Positions 46,795-56,676 of a stretch of DNA of 64,000 nt are shown here, one piece after another (the stretch's first letter is position 1; each line of letters starts with the position of its first letter). Origin of the DNA: a candidate division WOR-3 bacterium (GTDB lineage: Bacteria; Hydrothermota; Hydrothermia; LBFQ01; DSFT01); assembly GCA_025060695.1 (NCBI GenBank), contig JANXBH010000008.1:2094-66093 (forward strand), read 5' to 3'. Position numbers and translations under genes: made by a program. Under the pieces are notes generated by a model, which was given only the letters and a program-made list of their open reading frames with translations, did no database searches and was not told the origin of the DNA.

Positions 46795-48626
46795 TAAAGG
46801 ACTATATTAATATAATTAAGCCTAGTATAAGTTTATGGGTAAGTATTACCGCATTTAGTGGTTCTCTTATTGCGCAAGATAGCTTAGATATAGCAAAGTC
46901 GTTATTAATTAGTCTTTTTGTTTTTCTATCCGCAGGAGGTGCATCTGTATTAAATAATTATTTTGATAGAGAATTAGATAAATCTATGGAAAGAACCAAA
47001 AATAGACCCATTCCAAGTGGTAGGGTAAGTCCAAAATTTGCAGTAGTATATGGTATTTTACTATCTCTTATTGGTCTTTTTGGAATATATTATTTTAGTA
47101 TAAAAGCGTTTATCTTAGACCTAATTGCAATTATTTCTTATTCTTTTCTTTATACTTTCTTAAAGAGAAGGCATAGTATTTCTCTAATTGTTGGTTCAAT
47201 TCCAGGGGCTCTACCTCCTTCTATCGGTTATGTTGCAATTAGAAATGAATTTGACATTACGGCATTCATTTTATTTTCAATTCTATTTCTATGGCAACCT
47301 GCGCATTTTATTTATCTTTCAATCTTCTTAAAAAAGGACTATAGTAGTGTAAATATTCCAGTAATTTCAGTAGTTTATGGTGAAAAATATGCAAAATTTT
47401 TAAGTTTCATATATTCTATAAGTCTAATTCCTATAACAATTATTCTTTTTTTTGTAGGCAGATTTAGTAATGCGTTCTTTATTTTTATTTTATTCATAAA
47501 TTTTTTGTGGCTTTTTGCTAATTCACTATATTATAAGAACTTATTAAGAGAAAAAGCTATGTTTTTACTTTCTAACTTCTATGTTTTACTTATATTTTTA
47601 ACCATGGCTTTAGATAGGGTGATAGTAAGAGATGCTCCTCAAAAGGTTAGAGATAGGATAGTAGAACCAAATGTAAAGGTTGAAATTTTTGCACAAAATC
47701 TTGAAATTCCGTGGGAATTAGCGTTCTTTAATAGAAATAAAGCGATAGTTTCTGAAAGAGTAGGTAGAATAAGACTTATAAAAGATGGTAAGTTAGTAGA
47801 TAAACCTTACTATTCTTTTAATGATGTTAAGCACGTAGGTGAAGGTGGTCTTCTTGGTATCGCAATAAGAGATAGTTTCATATATGCATACTATACCTAT
47901 GAAGATAGAGGTAAAATTTTCAATAAAGTTGTAAGATTGAAGGATAGGGGAGATAGTGCTATTTTTGACAAAGTTATATTAGATAAAATCCCCGGTGCTA
48001 TGTATCACAATGGAGGTAGGATTAAATTTGGTCCTGATGGATATTTATATATTACTACTGGAGATATATTCCAAGGAAATTTGGCACAAGATTTAAACTC
48101 ACTTGCAGGTAAAATATTAAGAGTAGATATGGATGGCAAAATTCCAAAAGACAATCCCTTTAAGAACTCTCCTATATATTCTTATGGACATAGAAATCCA
48201 CAAGGTTTAGCTTGGCATTCTAAAACTAAAACTCTGTATTCTTCTGAACATGGGCCGAGTGGTGAATTTGGATTAACTGGATACGATAGAGTTAATAAAA
48301 TTATAAAAGGATATAATTATGGATGGCCAAAAATTGTTGGTGCAGTAGATAATACAATAATTGTATGGAAAGAAACTACTCCTCCTTCAGGAATGGATTT
48401 TTTAGGTGATAGTTTATTTATTGCAACGTTAGCAAGTAAGTGCTTAATTATGGTAGAGATTAAAAACAATTTAGTAAAGAATATCGAAAGATGGTTTTGT
48501 AATAAATATGGTAGGATAAGAAGTGTGGTAGTTTTTGAAGGTTATATATATTTTTTAACAAGCAATAGAGATGGAAGAGGAATACCATATGAAAATGACG
48601 ACAAGATATATAGATTTAAACTATGA
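46791..48626 (+). CDS. Fusion protein with an N-terminal protoheme IX farnesyltransferase (heme O synthase, CtaB/CyoE) and a C-terminal soluble glucose/sorbosone dehydrogenase (SGDH)-like beta-propeller.
   Basis: UbiA-family NNYFDRELD and MERTKNRPIPSG in a ~290-aa polytopic N-domain. SGDH motifs in the C-domain: PWELAF, GGLLGIAI, GGRIKFGPDGYLYITTGD, GKILRVDMDGKIPKDNPF, YSYGHRNPQGLAW, YNYGWP. Confidence 0.75.
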   Translation: MIKDYINIIKPSISLWVSITAFSGSLIAQDSLDIAKSLLISLFVFLSAGGASVLNNYFDRELDKSMERTKNRPIPSGRVSPKFAVVYGILLSLIGLFGIYYFSIKAFILDLIAIISYSFLYTFLKRRHSISLIVGSIPGALPPSIGYVAIRNEFDITAFILFSILFLWQPAHFIYLSIFLKKDYSSVNIPVISVVYGEKYAKFLSFIYSISLIPITIILFFVGRFSNAFFIFILFINFLWLFANSLYYKNLLREKAMFLLSNFYVLLIFLTMALDRVIVRDAPQKVRDRIVEPNVKVEIFAQNLEIPWELAFFNRNKAIVSERVGRIRLIKDGKLVDKPYYSFNDVKHVGEGGLLGIAIRDSFIYAYYTYEDRGKIFNKVVRLKDRGDSAIFDKVILDKIPGAMYHNGGRIKFGPDGYLYITTGDIFQGNLAQDLNSLAGKILRVDMDGKIPKDNPFKNSPIYSYGHRNPQGLAWHSKTKTLYSSEHGPSGEFGLTGYDRVNKIIKGYNYGWPKIVGAVDNTIIVWKETTPPSGMDFLGDSLFIATLASKCLIMVEIKNNLVKNIERWFCNKYGRIRSVVVFEGYIYFLTSNRDGRGIPYENDDKIYRFKL

Positions 48627-49699
48627 AAATATTAATGGTATGCGATTTTTTCCCTAATAGATATAAACCTTATGAAGGAGTATTTTTTAAAAACCATGCA
48701 AAAGTATTAAAAAAACTTGGAAAATTGAAAGTTCAAACTTTAATAAGAGTTAATAATCTAAGATTTGGCTATGAAAGATGGAATATTGAAGATATTGAAG
48801 TTGAGGCAATTGTATTCTTTTATAAACCAAAATTTGGTATTTTATTTTTCCCACTTTCAATTGTTTTCCATTTTTTTCTTATTTTTAAAAATTTAATAAC
48901 ATTTAAGCCAGATAGAATTATCTTGCAAATGTCTTTACCACATGGTTTATCCTTAATTCCACTTAGTATTTTCAAAAAATATATTGTTTTGGAGCATTCA
49001 AGGAGGGTTTTGTTTGGAGTAAATAAATTCCTTTCAAAATTGGTTTATAGATTTTCATCGGGAGTGTTTGTTGTAAGCTCATTTCAAAAGGAAGAATTAG
49101 AAAATAAATTAAAAGTTAAAGTAAATGGTATTATTCCGAATCCTATATTTACAAGAAAAATGGAAGAAAATAAAAATATAAAGAATAAAGTAATATTTGT
49201 TGGCACTATTACAGATGGAAAAAATCCTATATTAGTATTAGAAGTTGCAAAATTATTGTCTGAAATTAATTTTGTAATAGTTGGAAGGCACTTTAATGAT
49301 AGTTATTATAAAAAATTTTATGAGATATCAAAAACATTAAAAAATGTTTCTTACTTAGGACCATTGGATAATGAAAATACTATAAATGAAATAATAGACA
49401 GCGACTTTTTAATATCAACCAGTAGTTATGAAACTTTTGGATATGCGATAGCTGAAGCACTTAGTCTTGGAAAGCCTGTTATTTGGACTGATAGTGGAGG
49501 TCCAAGAGATTTTCTAAATGAAAGGAATTCAATATTGGTAAAAGAAAGAACTCCACATGCACTAAAGGAAGCCATTTTGGAGGCTTATGAGAAATTAAAG
49601 ATAGGTTTTTTTAATAGCAAGGAGATTAGTGATAGTATTTTAAGTTATTGTAGTGAAGATAAAGTTCTTGAATTTTATAAAAAAGCCTTAGAATCTTAA
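48623..49699 (+). CDS. Glycosyltransferase family 4.
   Basis: 358 aa; GT4-type C-terminal region (ETFGYAIAEALSLGKPVI). Confidence 0.7.
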   Translation: MKILMVCDFFPNRYKPYEGVFFKNHAKVLKKLGKLKVQTLIRVNNLRFGYERWNIEDIEVEAIVFFYKPKFGILFFPLSIVFHFFLIFKNLITFKPDRIILQMSLPHGLSLIPLSIFKKYIVLEHSRRVLFGVNKFLSKLVYRFSSGVFVVSSFQKEELENKLKVKVNGIIPNPIFTRKMEENKNIKNKVIFVGTITDGKNPILVLEVAKLLSEINFVIVGRHFNDSYYKKFYEISKTLKNVSYLGPLDNENTINEIIDSDFLISTSSYETFGYAIAEALSLGKPVIWTDSGGPRDFLNERNSILVKERTPHALKEAILEAYEKLKIGFFNSKEISDSILSYCSEDKVLEFYKKALES

Positions 49700-52600
49700 C
49701 CTATAACCTATTCCTACGGTATAGCTGTTATTATCCCTTTTTCCAAATAGAGACAAATTTCTTCTTATAAAGTATTGAACTTTTAAGTCTGAATTTGCAG
49801 GGTTTTGAATGTCAGTAGAAAGCTTTAAATAGATATTCTCTGTAATATAGCTACCAAGAGTTAATAGTGCACCATTTCCTATAGTTCCAAAAGTTAATTC
49901 ATCTATTCTGAACCTTTTTCTTATGTTTCTTGTAAATATCTGCTGTGCTAAGTTAATACCTCTTTCACTAATACTACCGCTTAAAACCATATTTAATAAT
50001 TCCAATTGACTCTTTCCTTTAACCGAACTTAGCTCAAAAATAGGATTTTCAAGTGTTCCTGTAACTTGGGCTATTATTGTATCATCGTATAAAGTTGCTT
50101 CTCCCTTTATATTAAAGTTGATATTGTTTCTTATGACATTTATCTTTCCATCAGTAATATTGAAATCAGAATTTAAACTATATAGATAAAACTTTCCTTT
50201 AATAATTTCAAAAGAACCTTCGAAATATTGGTCAAAATCTGAGTTTTTTTGTAATATTAAGTTAGCTGACAGTTCTGCATCTACAAGTTCATTGCTAAAA
50301 AATATTCTCCTATCTGCCCTTATGTTAATATAATATCTTATTGGATTTGGTGAAGGTGTTGAATTCCTTGCTTTATAGCCAATAGGATAACTAATATATC
50401 CTTCATCAATATTTATATTTCCCTCTACATATATATTAGGAATTTTTCCTAAAATTCTTATCATTCCACTTGCGTAAAACTCCGTATAGTCATCAAGTGA
50501 TAGATAGATTTTAGTAAAATCTATGGATAAATCTACATTTATATCCTTAAACCTATTTGAAATGAGAATATACCCATTTACAATAGCTCTACCTATTCTA
50601 AAACCTTCTAATGTAAAATTATCTATCCTTATGGTATTTTTATAAAAGCTAATTTTCCCTTCCGATTTTCTAAACTCTATCTCAATAGGCACAAATGCTA
50701 CATCTTTTGAATAAACTATTGCACCTCCTGAAAGCGTTGGCGAAGCTACAGATCCTGATATATTTACATTACCTTGAATATATCCATCTTCAACTACAAA
50801 GTTTGGAAATAATATTGGTTCAATAATATCTAATGGAAATGCGGTAAATTTTAAATTACCATTTACTATTCCTTCTTCAAGTGTTATGGAAAATGGTTTT
50901 AATTTTATCAGTGATGATAAAACTATATGTCCCTCAAAAATACCATTTTTTGATACTAAATTTATATTGTCCACGTTAATGTTCCTATCATAGTAATATA
51001 TAGTTGAGTTCAATTTTTCTAAGAAGAATTGTTTCATTTTTACATTATTTAGGTCTAAATATAAATAAGCCTTTGGGTCATCTATTTTATTTGTGATTCT
51101 CAGAACAATATCTCCACCGAAACTAATACTATCTATTTTAAAAATACTTAAAATCTTAGAAAAGTCGTAGTTAGAGCTAAGAAGATAAAAGTCTATATTG
51201 TTTGAATCAAGTGTTGCCTCAAGTATAATATTATCATTTTTTAGCTTCAAGTAGTAGTAGTTTTTATAGTTTTCTAAAATAACATTATCCGATTTAAAAA
51301 TTGTATCGGTATTTAAAAATGTAAGTGAAAAATTTGACTTTATTGTGTCTTTTAAAATTAGGTCTCCGTTGGAAATGATATTTCCATAATCTAAAAATGC
51401 GAGGACAGAAAATATTGCCTTATTTTTAATCTGCTCGTAATCTACTTTTGCACTATCTAAAATTAGACTATCATTTACTTTTCCATTTAAAAGATTTAAA
51501 CTAAACTTTAGTAAACTATCTCTGAAATAAACACTATAATTACCACTATCTAACTTATAGTTTTCGTATTTTAAGCTATACAAATTACCTATCCCTAAAA
51601 TTTCTAAACTTTTCTTTTTTAAATTTATCTCTCCATAAAAGCTCGCACTGCCACTAATAAAATTGTTTAGCTTTTCAATTGCTATATAATCAACAGATAA
51701 GTTTATTTTCCCTTCTTGTCTCTCTATATTGTATTTCCCATTTAGTTTAATTTTTGCATCATTGTTATTAAGAGAAACACCTAATATATCAAAATTCTTT
51801 AGTTCTTTAGAGTAAATACTGCCATTTATATTGCTAAATCTCAATGTATCGTAAATAAGTTCAACTGAATCAAAATTTGCATATAGATTCCCGCTAAAAT
51901 ATCCACTTAAGTAAAAATTTCCACTAATTTTTGACTTTTCAAACTTTAAGTTTTTTACCTTAGTTTTTAAGTTATAACTTGTATCAATAACCATACCATA
52001 AACTGAAATATCCCCATCCAATAATCTAAAGCTTGCATAATTTATAAGTAATGTATCACTTTTTATTCTTATTTCTGTTATTAGATGCTTAATACTATTT
52101 GTATTGAATGCTAAACTTTCGCAATTAGCGAATATTTTTAAACTCTCAATTTCAATCCTTGCACTAAAATTTTTCAATCCTATAGTTTTAAATCTTGCGT
52201 AGCTTGAATTAAGTGTTAAGTATCTCTCCTCTGGAAAAATACTTAAACCTAAGTTTTTTGAAAATATACTATCAGAATATATTGAAGAGGAAATTAAAAT
52301 ACTATCTGAAAATACTTTGATTTTTGAAAATATGCTATCTATTTTTTGGCGAATAGTTTGGTTTTCACTTGCATTTACTATCTTGGTTTCAATTTTTATA
52401 TATTCTCCATATGAAATAACATTTGCAAAAACTTCATTAGATACCACATTTACATTACCTACCTTGATATTCACATTATAGAAATTTATATTTCTTATTG
52501 AAAATGTTTGGAATTTTTTTGATTTAGGTGTATTAACTTCAGTTCTCCTAATACTATTGTTAAAGCTATCTACATTAAAGTAAATATTATATCCCAAAAT

Positions 52601-52876
52601 CCTATATATTGAACGATGATTTATGACATCAAGAGGAGATAGTAAAATTTTTAGTGAATCTCCACTTAGAACATTAGGCATATAAAATTTATGGAGTTTT
52701 ATTTCATTGAATTTGATTTCCAATTTTTTATAAATAAGAGGCTTTGTAAAACTTCGCTCTATGAACGATTTTATAAATATATCTATATTACTTAAAAAGT
52801 AAACTATTATTGCACTTATAACAACTAAAGTAATAGTTAAGAGGGCAATTATGCCCTTTGCAATTTTCTTAACCAC
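49688..52876 (-). CDS. TamB-like (AsmA/DUF490 family) translocation and assembly module protein.
   Basis: 1062 aa; N-terminal TM anchor, long beta-rich Asn/Ser-rich body, C-terminus ends ...GIGYRLRF. Confidence 0.6.
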   Translation of the reverse strand: MVKKIAKGIIALLTITLVVISAIIVYFLSNIDIFIKSFIERSFTKPLIYKKLEIKFNEIKLHKFYMPNVLSGDSLKILLSPLDVINHRSIYRILGYNIYFNVDSFNNSIRRTEVNTPKSKKFQTFSIRNINFYNVNIKVGNVNVVSNEVFANVISYGEYIKIETKIVNASENQTIRQKIDSIFSKIKVFSDSILISSSIYSDSIFSKNLGLSIFPEERYLTLNSSYARFKTIGLKNFSARIEIESLKIFANCESLAFNTNSIKHLITEIRIKSDTLLINYASFRLLDGDISVYGMVIDTSYNLKTKVKNLKFEKSKISGNFYLSGYFSGNLYANFDSVELIYDTLRFSNINGSIYSKELKNFDILGVSLNNNDAKIKLNGKYNIERQEGKINLSVDYIAIEKLNNFISGSASFYGEINLKKKSLEILGIGNLYSLKYENYKLDSGNYSVYFRDSLLKFSLNLLNGKVNDSLILDSAKVDYEQIKNKAIFSVLAFLDYGNIISNGDLILKDTIKSNFSLTFLNTDTIFKSDNVILENYKNYYYLKLKNDNIILEATLDSNNIDFYLLSSNYDFSKILSIFKIDSISFGGDIVLRITNKIDDPKAYLYLDLNNVKMKQFFLEKLNSTIYYYDRNINVDNINLVSKNGIFEGHIVLSSLIKLKPFSITLEEGIVNGNLKFTAFPLDIIEPILFPNFVVEDGYIQGNVNISGSVASPTLSGGAIVYSKDVAFVPIEIEFRKSEGKISFYKNTIRIDNFTLEGFRIGRAIVNGYILISNRFKDINVDLSIDFTKIYLSLDDYTEFYASGMIRILGKIPNIYVEGNINIDEGYISYPIGYKARNSTPSPNPIRYYINIRADRRIFFSNELVDAELSANLILQKNSDFDQYFEGSFEIIKGKFYLYSLNSDFNITDGKINVIRNNINFNIKGEATLYDDTIIAQVTGTLENPIFELSSVKGKSQLELLNMVLSGSISERGINLAQQIFTRNIRKRFRIDELTFGTIGNGALLTLGSYITENIYLKLSTDIQNPANSDLKVQYFIRRNLSLFGKRDNNSYTVGIGYRLRF

Positions 52877-53031
52877 TTAGTGCTCACTTTAACCCTTCTT
52901 TTCCTTCCATTTATAATCACAGTAACTTTATGTAAATTCGGTTTAAATTTCCTACTTGACTTTTTATTTGAATGACTTACTTTGTTTCCGAATATAGTTT
53001 TTTTACCTGATATATAACATTTTCTTGCCAT
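52849..53031 (-). CDS. rpmB: 50S ribosomal protein L28.
   Basis: 60 aa basic protein (MARKCYISGKKTIFGNKVSHSNKK). Confidence 0.85.
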   Translation of the reverse strand: MARKCYISGKKTIFGNKVSHSNKKSSRKFKPNLHKVTVIINGRKRRVKVSTKWLRKLQRA

Positions 53032-53047
53032 ACGAAAATTTTAAGGC
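53032..53047 (-). promoter_or_regulatory. GCCTTAAAATTTTCGT immediately 5' of the rpmB ATG.
   Basis: Same motif. It is identical over 13 nt to the element upstream of the tandem-tryptophanase gene. Confidence 0.4.
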
Positions 53048-53054
53048 TAAAATA

Positions 53055-54239
53055 TCATAGCTTTTTAACTTTCAATGTTAATCCGTCTATCTCTAAAACT
53101 TGAACCTTATCACCTTTTTTAATATTGTCATTGCTTTGTGCAAACCAGATTTCACCTAATAGCATTACCCTTCCTTCCATATTTTCAAAATCTTCAATAG
53201 CAGTTGCAATTTTACCTACCAGTGATTCTGAACCTGTCTGGGGTTTTTGTTTCAGTGCCTTTATTGCAAATGCGACTAATATAAAGAAGAAGATTAGTGT
53301 CAATATCGTTGCGGTAATTATACTAAAGATAGATATTCTAATTTGAGGGTTAGAAATATCAAATAGCATTAATGAACCTATAATGAAAGCAATTGTGCCA
53401 CCAACTCCTAAGAGTCCTCCTGTTTGCAATTTAACTTCCGCAAAAAACATTATAAATGCAATAACTATTAGCAATAAACCTACAAGATTAGCACTTAGAA
53501 CTTGAAGAGCAAACAGTGCCAAGAGTAATGAAATAACTCCTATTGTTCCAGATATACCCCATCCAGGACTTGCAAGTTCAAATATTATTCCATATAGTCC
53601 AATTATAAGCAAAAAGTATGCAATATTTGGATCAGCAATCTTTTCTAAAATTTTTTCCCTTAGTGTCATATCAAGATTATCTATCCTTTTATCTTTTATT
53701 CCAACGCTATCAAGTAGTGCATCTATATCATCCGCAATATAGTCTATTAGTCCGAATTTCTTTAATTCAGTTGAAGAATAGGATTTTGCATACAATACAA
53801 AACTATCTGCCCATAATTCGTCTTTGTTTCTTGCTTTCAATATGCTTCTTAAGAATGCATTTGCATCGTTCATTACTTTCTTTTGCATAATTGTATCCAT
53901 TCCACCAGTTAATGAAACAGGACTTGCTGAACCCATATTGGTTCCGCTTGCCATTGCAGTGATATTTGCGGAGAGTGTTATAAATACACCTGCTGACGCA
54001 GCCCTTGAACCACTTGGATATACATATGCAATAGTTTTAACTTTTGAGTTTAATATTTCCTTTACTATATCTCGCATTGCACTTTCAAGACCTCCTGGTG
54101 TATTTATTATTATTAGAAGGTAATTATAATTTTTTTCATTTGCTACTTTTATTGCTCTTTTAACATAATTTGAGGTAATAGGAGTAATTGGACCATTTAT
54201 ATCTATTCTTAAAATAGAAGATGCAAGTAATATAAGCAC
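53055..54239 (-). CDS. NfeD-like membrane-bound ClpP-class serine protease.
   Basis: N-terminal ClpP-like domain, central TM segments, C-terminal OB-fold (NfeD); GTG start. Confidence 0.7.
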   Translation of the reverse strand: MLILLASSILRIDINGPITPITSNYVKRAIKVANEKNYNYLLIIINTPGGLESAMRDIVKEILNSKVKTIAYVYPSGSRAASAGVFITLSANITAMASGTNMGSASPVSLTGGMDTIMQKKVMNDANAFLRSILKARNKDELWADSFVLYAKSYSSTELKKFGLIDYIADDIDALLDSVGIKDKRIDNLDMTLREKILEKIADPNIAYFLLIIGLYGIIFELASPGWGISGTIGVISLLLALFALQVLSANLVGLLLIVIAFIMFFAEVKLQTGGLLGVGGTIAFIIGSLMLFDISNPQIRISIFSIITATILTLIFFFILVAFAIKALKQKPQTGSESLVGKIATAIEDFENMEGRVMLLGEIWFAQSNDNIKKGDKVQVLEIDGLTLKVKKL

Positions 54240-54256
54240 TTTAAAATTTTAAAGCT
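54240..54256. promoter_or_regulatory. Near-palindromic TTTAAAATTTTAAAGCT filling the whole 17-nt gap between the divergent NfeD (GTG at 54237-54239, minus) and DppA-like (ATG at 54257, plus) genes. Putative bidirectional promoter.
   Basis: The motif reads as CTTTAAAATTTTAAA-GTG on the minus strand and TTTAAAATTTTAAAGCT-ATG on the plus strand. Confidence 0.4.
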
Positions 54257-55072
54257 ATGAGGATTTATATATCAATTGATATGGAAGGCTTAACTGGCAT
54301 TTCTTCTGTAAATCAAACTGACCCATCTCACAGAAGGTACGAAGAAGGAATATTCTTTATGAAGAGTGAACTTAGGTTTATTTTAGAATACTTAAGAACA
54401 AAAAATGTAAAAAAGGTATTAGTAAATGATGCTCATTGGAATATGGATAATCTGAATTTAAAGGATTTAAATTTTGAGTTTTTGGAGCTTATTAGTGGAA
54501 GTCCTAAAATATTATCTATGATGCATGGAATAAATGAAGGTTTTGACTATGCAATGTTTATAGGTTATCATTCTATGGCTAATACTATAAATGGCTTTTT
54601 AGAGCACACTTATAGTTCATATACAATTTCTGAAATTAAAATAAATGGAAAAAAATCAAGTGAAGCATATATAAATGGCTTAATAGCAAGTTACTATAAT
54701 GTTCCTGTTGGACTAATTAGTGGAGATGATAAACTAATTGAAGACTGCAAAGATATATTTCCTAATAGCGAGTTTGTAATAACAAAATACTCAATTTCAA
54801 GAAATTCTGTAAAGCTGAGGAATATAGAAAGCGTGTATAATGAATATAAAAGTGCAATCGATAGAATGTTAAGTAAAAACATAAGACCAATAGAATTACC
54901 AAAGGAATTTACTATAGAAATTACATTTAGAAGAACTGATATGGCGGATATTGTAGAAATATTGCCTATTATTGAAAGAATAGACGGAAATAAAGTGTTA
55001 TTTAAAGAGACGGATTTTCTTAGAGCTTTTAGATATATTAGAGTAGTTATAAATCTTGCAAGAAATGTATAG
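54257..55072 (+). CDS. M55-family D-aminopeptidase (DppA-like).
   Basis: DppA signature at the N-terminus (ISIDMEGLTGI). Confidence 0.75.
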   Translation: MRIYISIDMEGLTGISSVNQTDPSHRRYEEGIFFMKSELRFILEYLRTKNVKKVLVNDAHWNMDNLNLKDLNFEFLELISGSPKILSMMHGINEGFDYAMFIGYHSMANTINGFLEHTYSSYTISEIKINGKKSSEAYINGLIASYYNVPVGLISGDDKLIEDCKDIFPNSEFVITKYSISRNSVKLRNIESVYNEYKSAIDRMLSKNIRPIELPKEFTIEITFRRTDMADIVEILPIIERIDGNKVLFKETDFLRAFRYIRVVINLARNV

Positions 55073-56045
55073 ATTTTTTACTATTGGTTCAGGTTCTTGG
55101 GGATTAGTCCTATCAAAAATTTTATGTGAAAATGGTCATAAAGTAAAGGTATTTTTAAGGTCAGAAGAAAAATTAAGAAGACTTGAAAGTGAAAGGATAG
55201 AAAAGAATATAGAAATTCCAAAGGAGATAGAATTTACATTAGACTTAGAAAGCTCAAAAGACTATGATTTTATAATTATTGCAGTTCCTTCGTTTGCATT
55301 TTCACAAACGCTGAAAAGTATAGATTTTTTAAAAAATAAACTATTTTTAATCGGGACAAAAGGACTAACACCTGAACTAAAATTTAAAAGTGAAATATTT
55401 GAAGAAATTATGGGAAATAGAAATTTTGCAATTATTTCTGGACCGAATATAGCTATAGAACTTTCAAGAAAAAAGCCTGCTTCAAGTGTTATAGTAAGTT
55501 ATAACTATGAAATTGCAAAGCTTTTTCAAGAGATTTTATTTAACGACTACTTTAGACCTTATATTTGGGATGATGTAATAGGTGTTGAGATTGGTGGTTC
55601 ATTAAAAAATATATATGCTATTGCAAGTGGTATAGTTGACGCTTTAAATTTAGGGTTAAATGCAAAATCAAGCTTACTAACAAGAGCCCTTTCGGAAATG
55701 GTAAGGTTTGGGGTAGCTTTTGGTGCAAGAAAAAGAACATTTTCAGGACTAAGTGGTATAGGTGATTTAATAACCACTTCCTTTTCCAAAGATTCAAGAA
55801 ATTATTTCGTAGGATATATGCTCGGTCTTGGATATAAATTATCATATATAAAAGAAGAATTGAAAGAGAAAAATATGGTAGCAGAAGGTATTGATACTAC
55901 AATACTTGTAAACGAAATATCAAAAAACAAAAACATAGATATGCCCATAGCAAAAATCGTAAAAAAAATATTATTAGAAGAGATAGATGTTAAAGAGGGA
56001 ATAGGATTATTAGTTAAAAGACCTTTGAAGAAGGAATTTGAATAA
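55056..56045 (+). CDS. gpsA: NAD(P)H-dependent glycerol-3-phosphate dehydrogenase.
   Basis: N-terminal dinucleotide-binding motif (GSGSWG) and GpsA-like sequence throughout. Confidence 0.85.
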   Translation: MQEMYRFFTIGSGSWGLVLSKILCENGHKVKVFLRSEEKLRRLESERIEKNIEIPKEIEFTLDLESSKDYDFIIIAVPSFAFSQTLKSIDFLKNKLFLIGTKGLTPELKFKSEIFEEIMGNRNFAIISGPNIAIELSRKKPASSVIVSYNYEIAKLFQEILFNDYFRPYIWDDVIGVEIGGSLKNIYAIASGIVDALNLGLNAKSSLLTRALSEMVRFGVAFGARKRTFSGLSGIGDLITTSFSKDSRNYFVGYMLGLGYKLSYIKEELKEKNMVAEGIDTTILVNEISKNKNIDMPIAKIVKKILLEEIDVKEGIGLLVKRPLKKEFE

Positions 56046-56676
56046 CTTTATTTAAAGTCCTTCCATATTCACTAATTAATTCAACGTTGCTTTGGTCTTT
56101 TACTAAAAGCTCTATTTCATCGTTTTCATAAGCAATAATATCTCCTATATAAAGTTTATTAAAGAATTTTTTTGCTATATTATAAATACTTTCAGGCTCA
56201 ATATTGCTAAAATCAAATTCAAAAATGTCTTTATCTATTTTGATTTTAAATTTCGGGAAAAAATCCCTCGCCATAAATTCACTAAATGGACTATAGGTAT
56301 CAAGTGCATAATCCCTTGCATCGTTAAAATACTTACTATAAAAACTTAAGATTATCAAAAATGAAAAAATTCTGTCTTTACCAACTACCAGTCCAATCTG
56401 AGGAGTTAAATATAGTTTATCTAAAAATGTTAATATATTTGCACTTGGGTTGACTACTGAGTTATTCGCTCTAATGTATTTAAATTTAAAATTCTTGTTT
56501 ATTGTTATAATTTTTGAAGGCTTAATAGGTGATAGCATTTTTTTAAGGTCATAAACAAGCAAAAACTCACTTTCATTTAATTCTTCAATATTAGCACCAT
56601 GTAAAATTCTTAAAAATCCATCTTCATACTTTACAAATTTGGACTTGTTTTTATAATTTATTCTGGAAATTTTCAC
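56014..56676 (-). CDS. Hypothetical protein (220 aa).
   Basis: ORF only; stop and start overlap with the PpiD-like gene. Confidence 0.35.
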   Translation of the reverse strand: MKISRINYKNKSKFVKYEDGFLRILHGANIEELNESEFLLVYDLKKMLSPIKPSKIITINKNFKFKYIRANNSVVNPSANILTFLDKLYLTPQIGLVVGKDRIFSFLIILSFYSKYFNDARDYALDTYSPFSEFMARDFFPKFKIKIDKDIFEFDFSNIEPESIYNIAKKFFNKLYIGDIIAYENDEIELLVKDQSNVELISEYGRTLNKVIQIPSSKVF

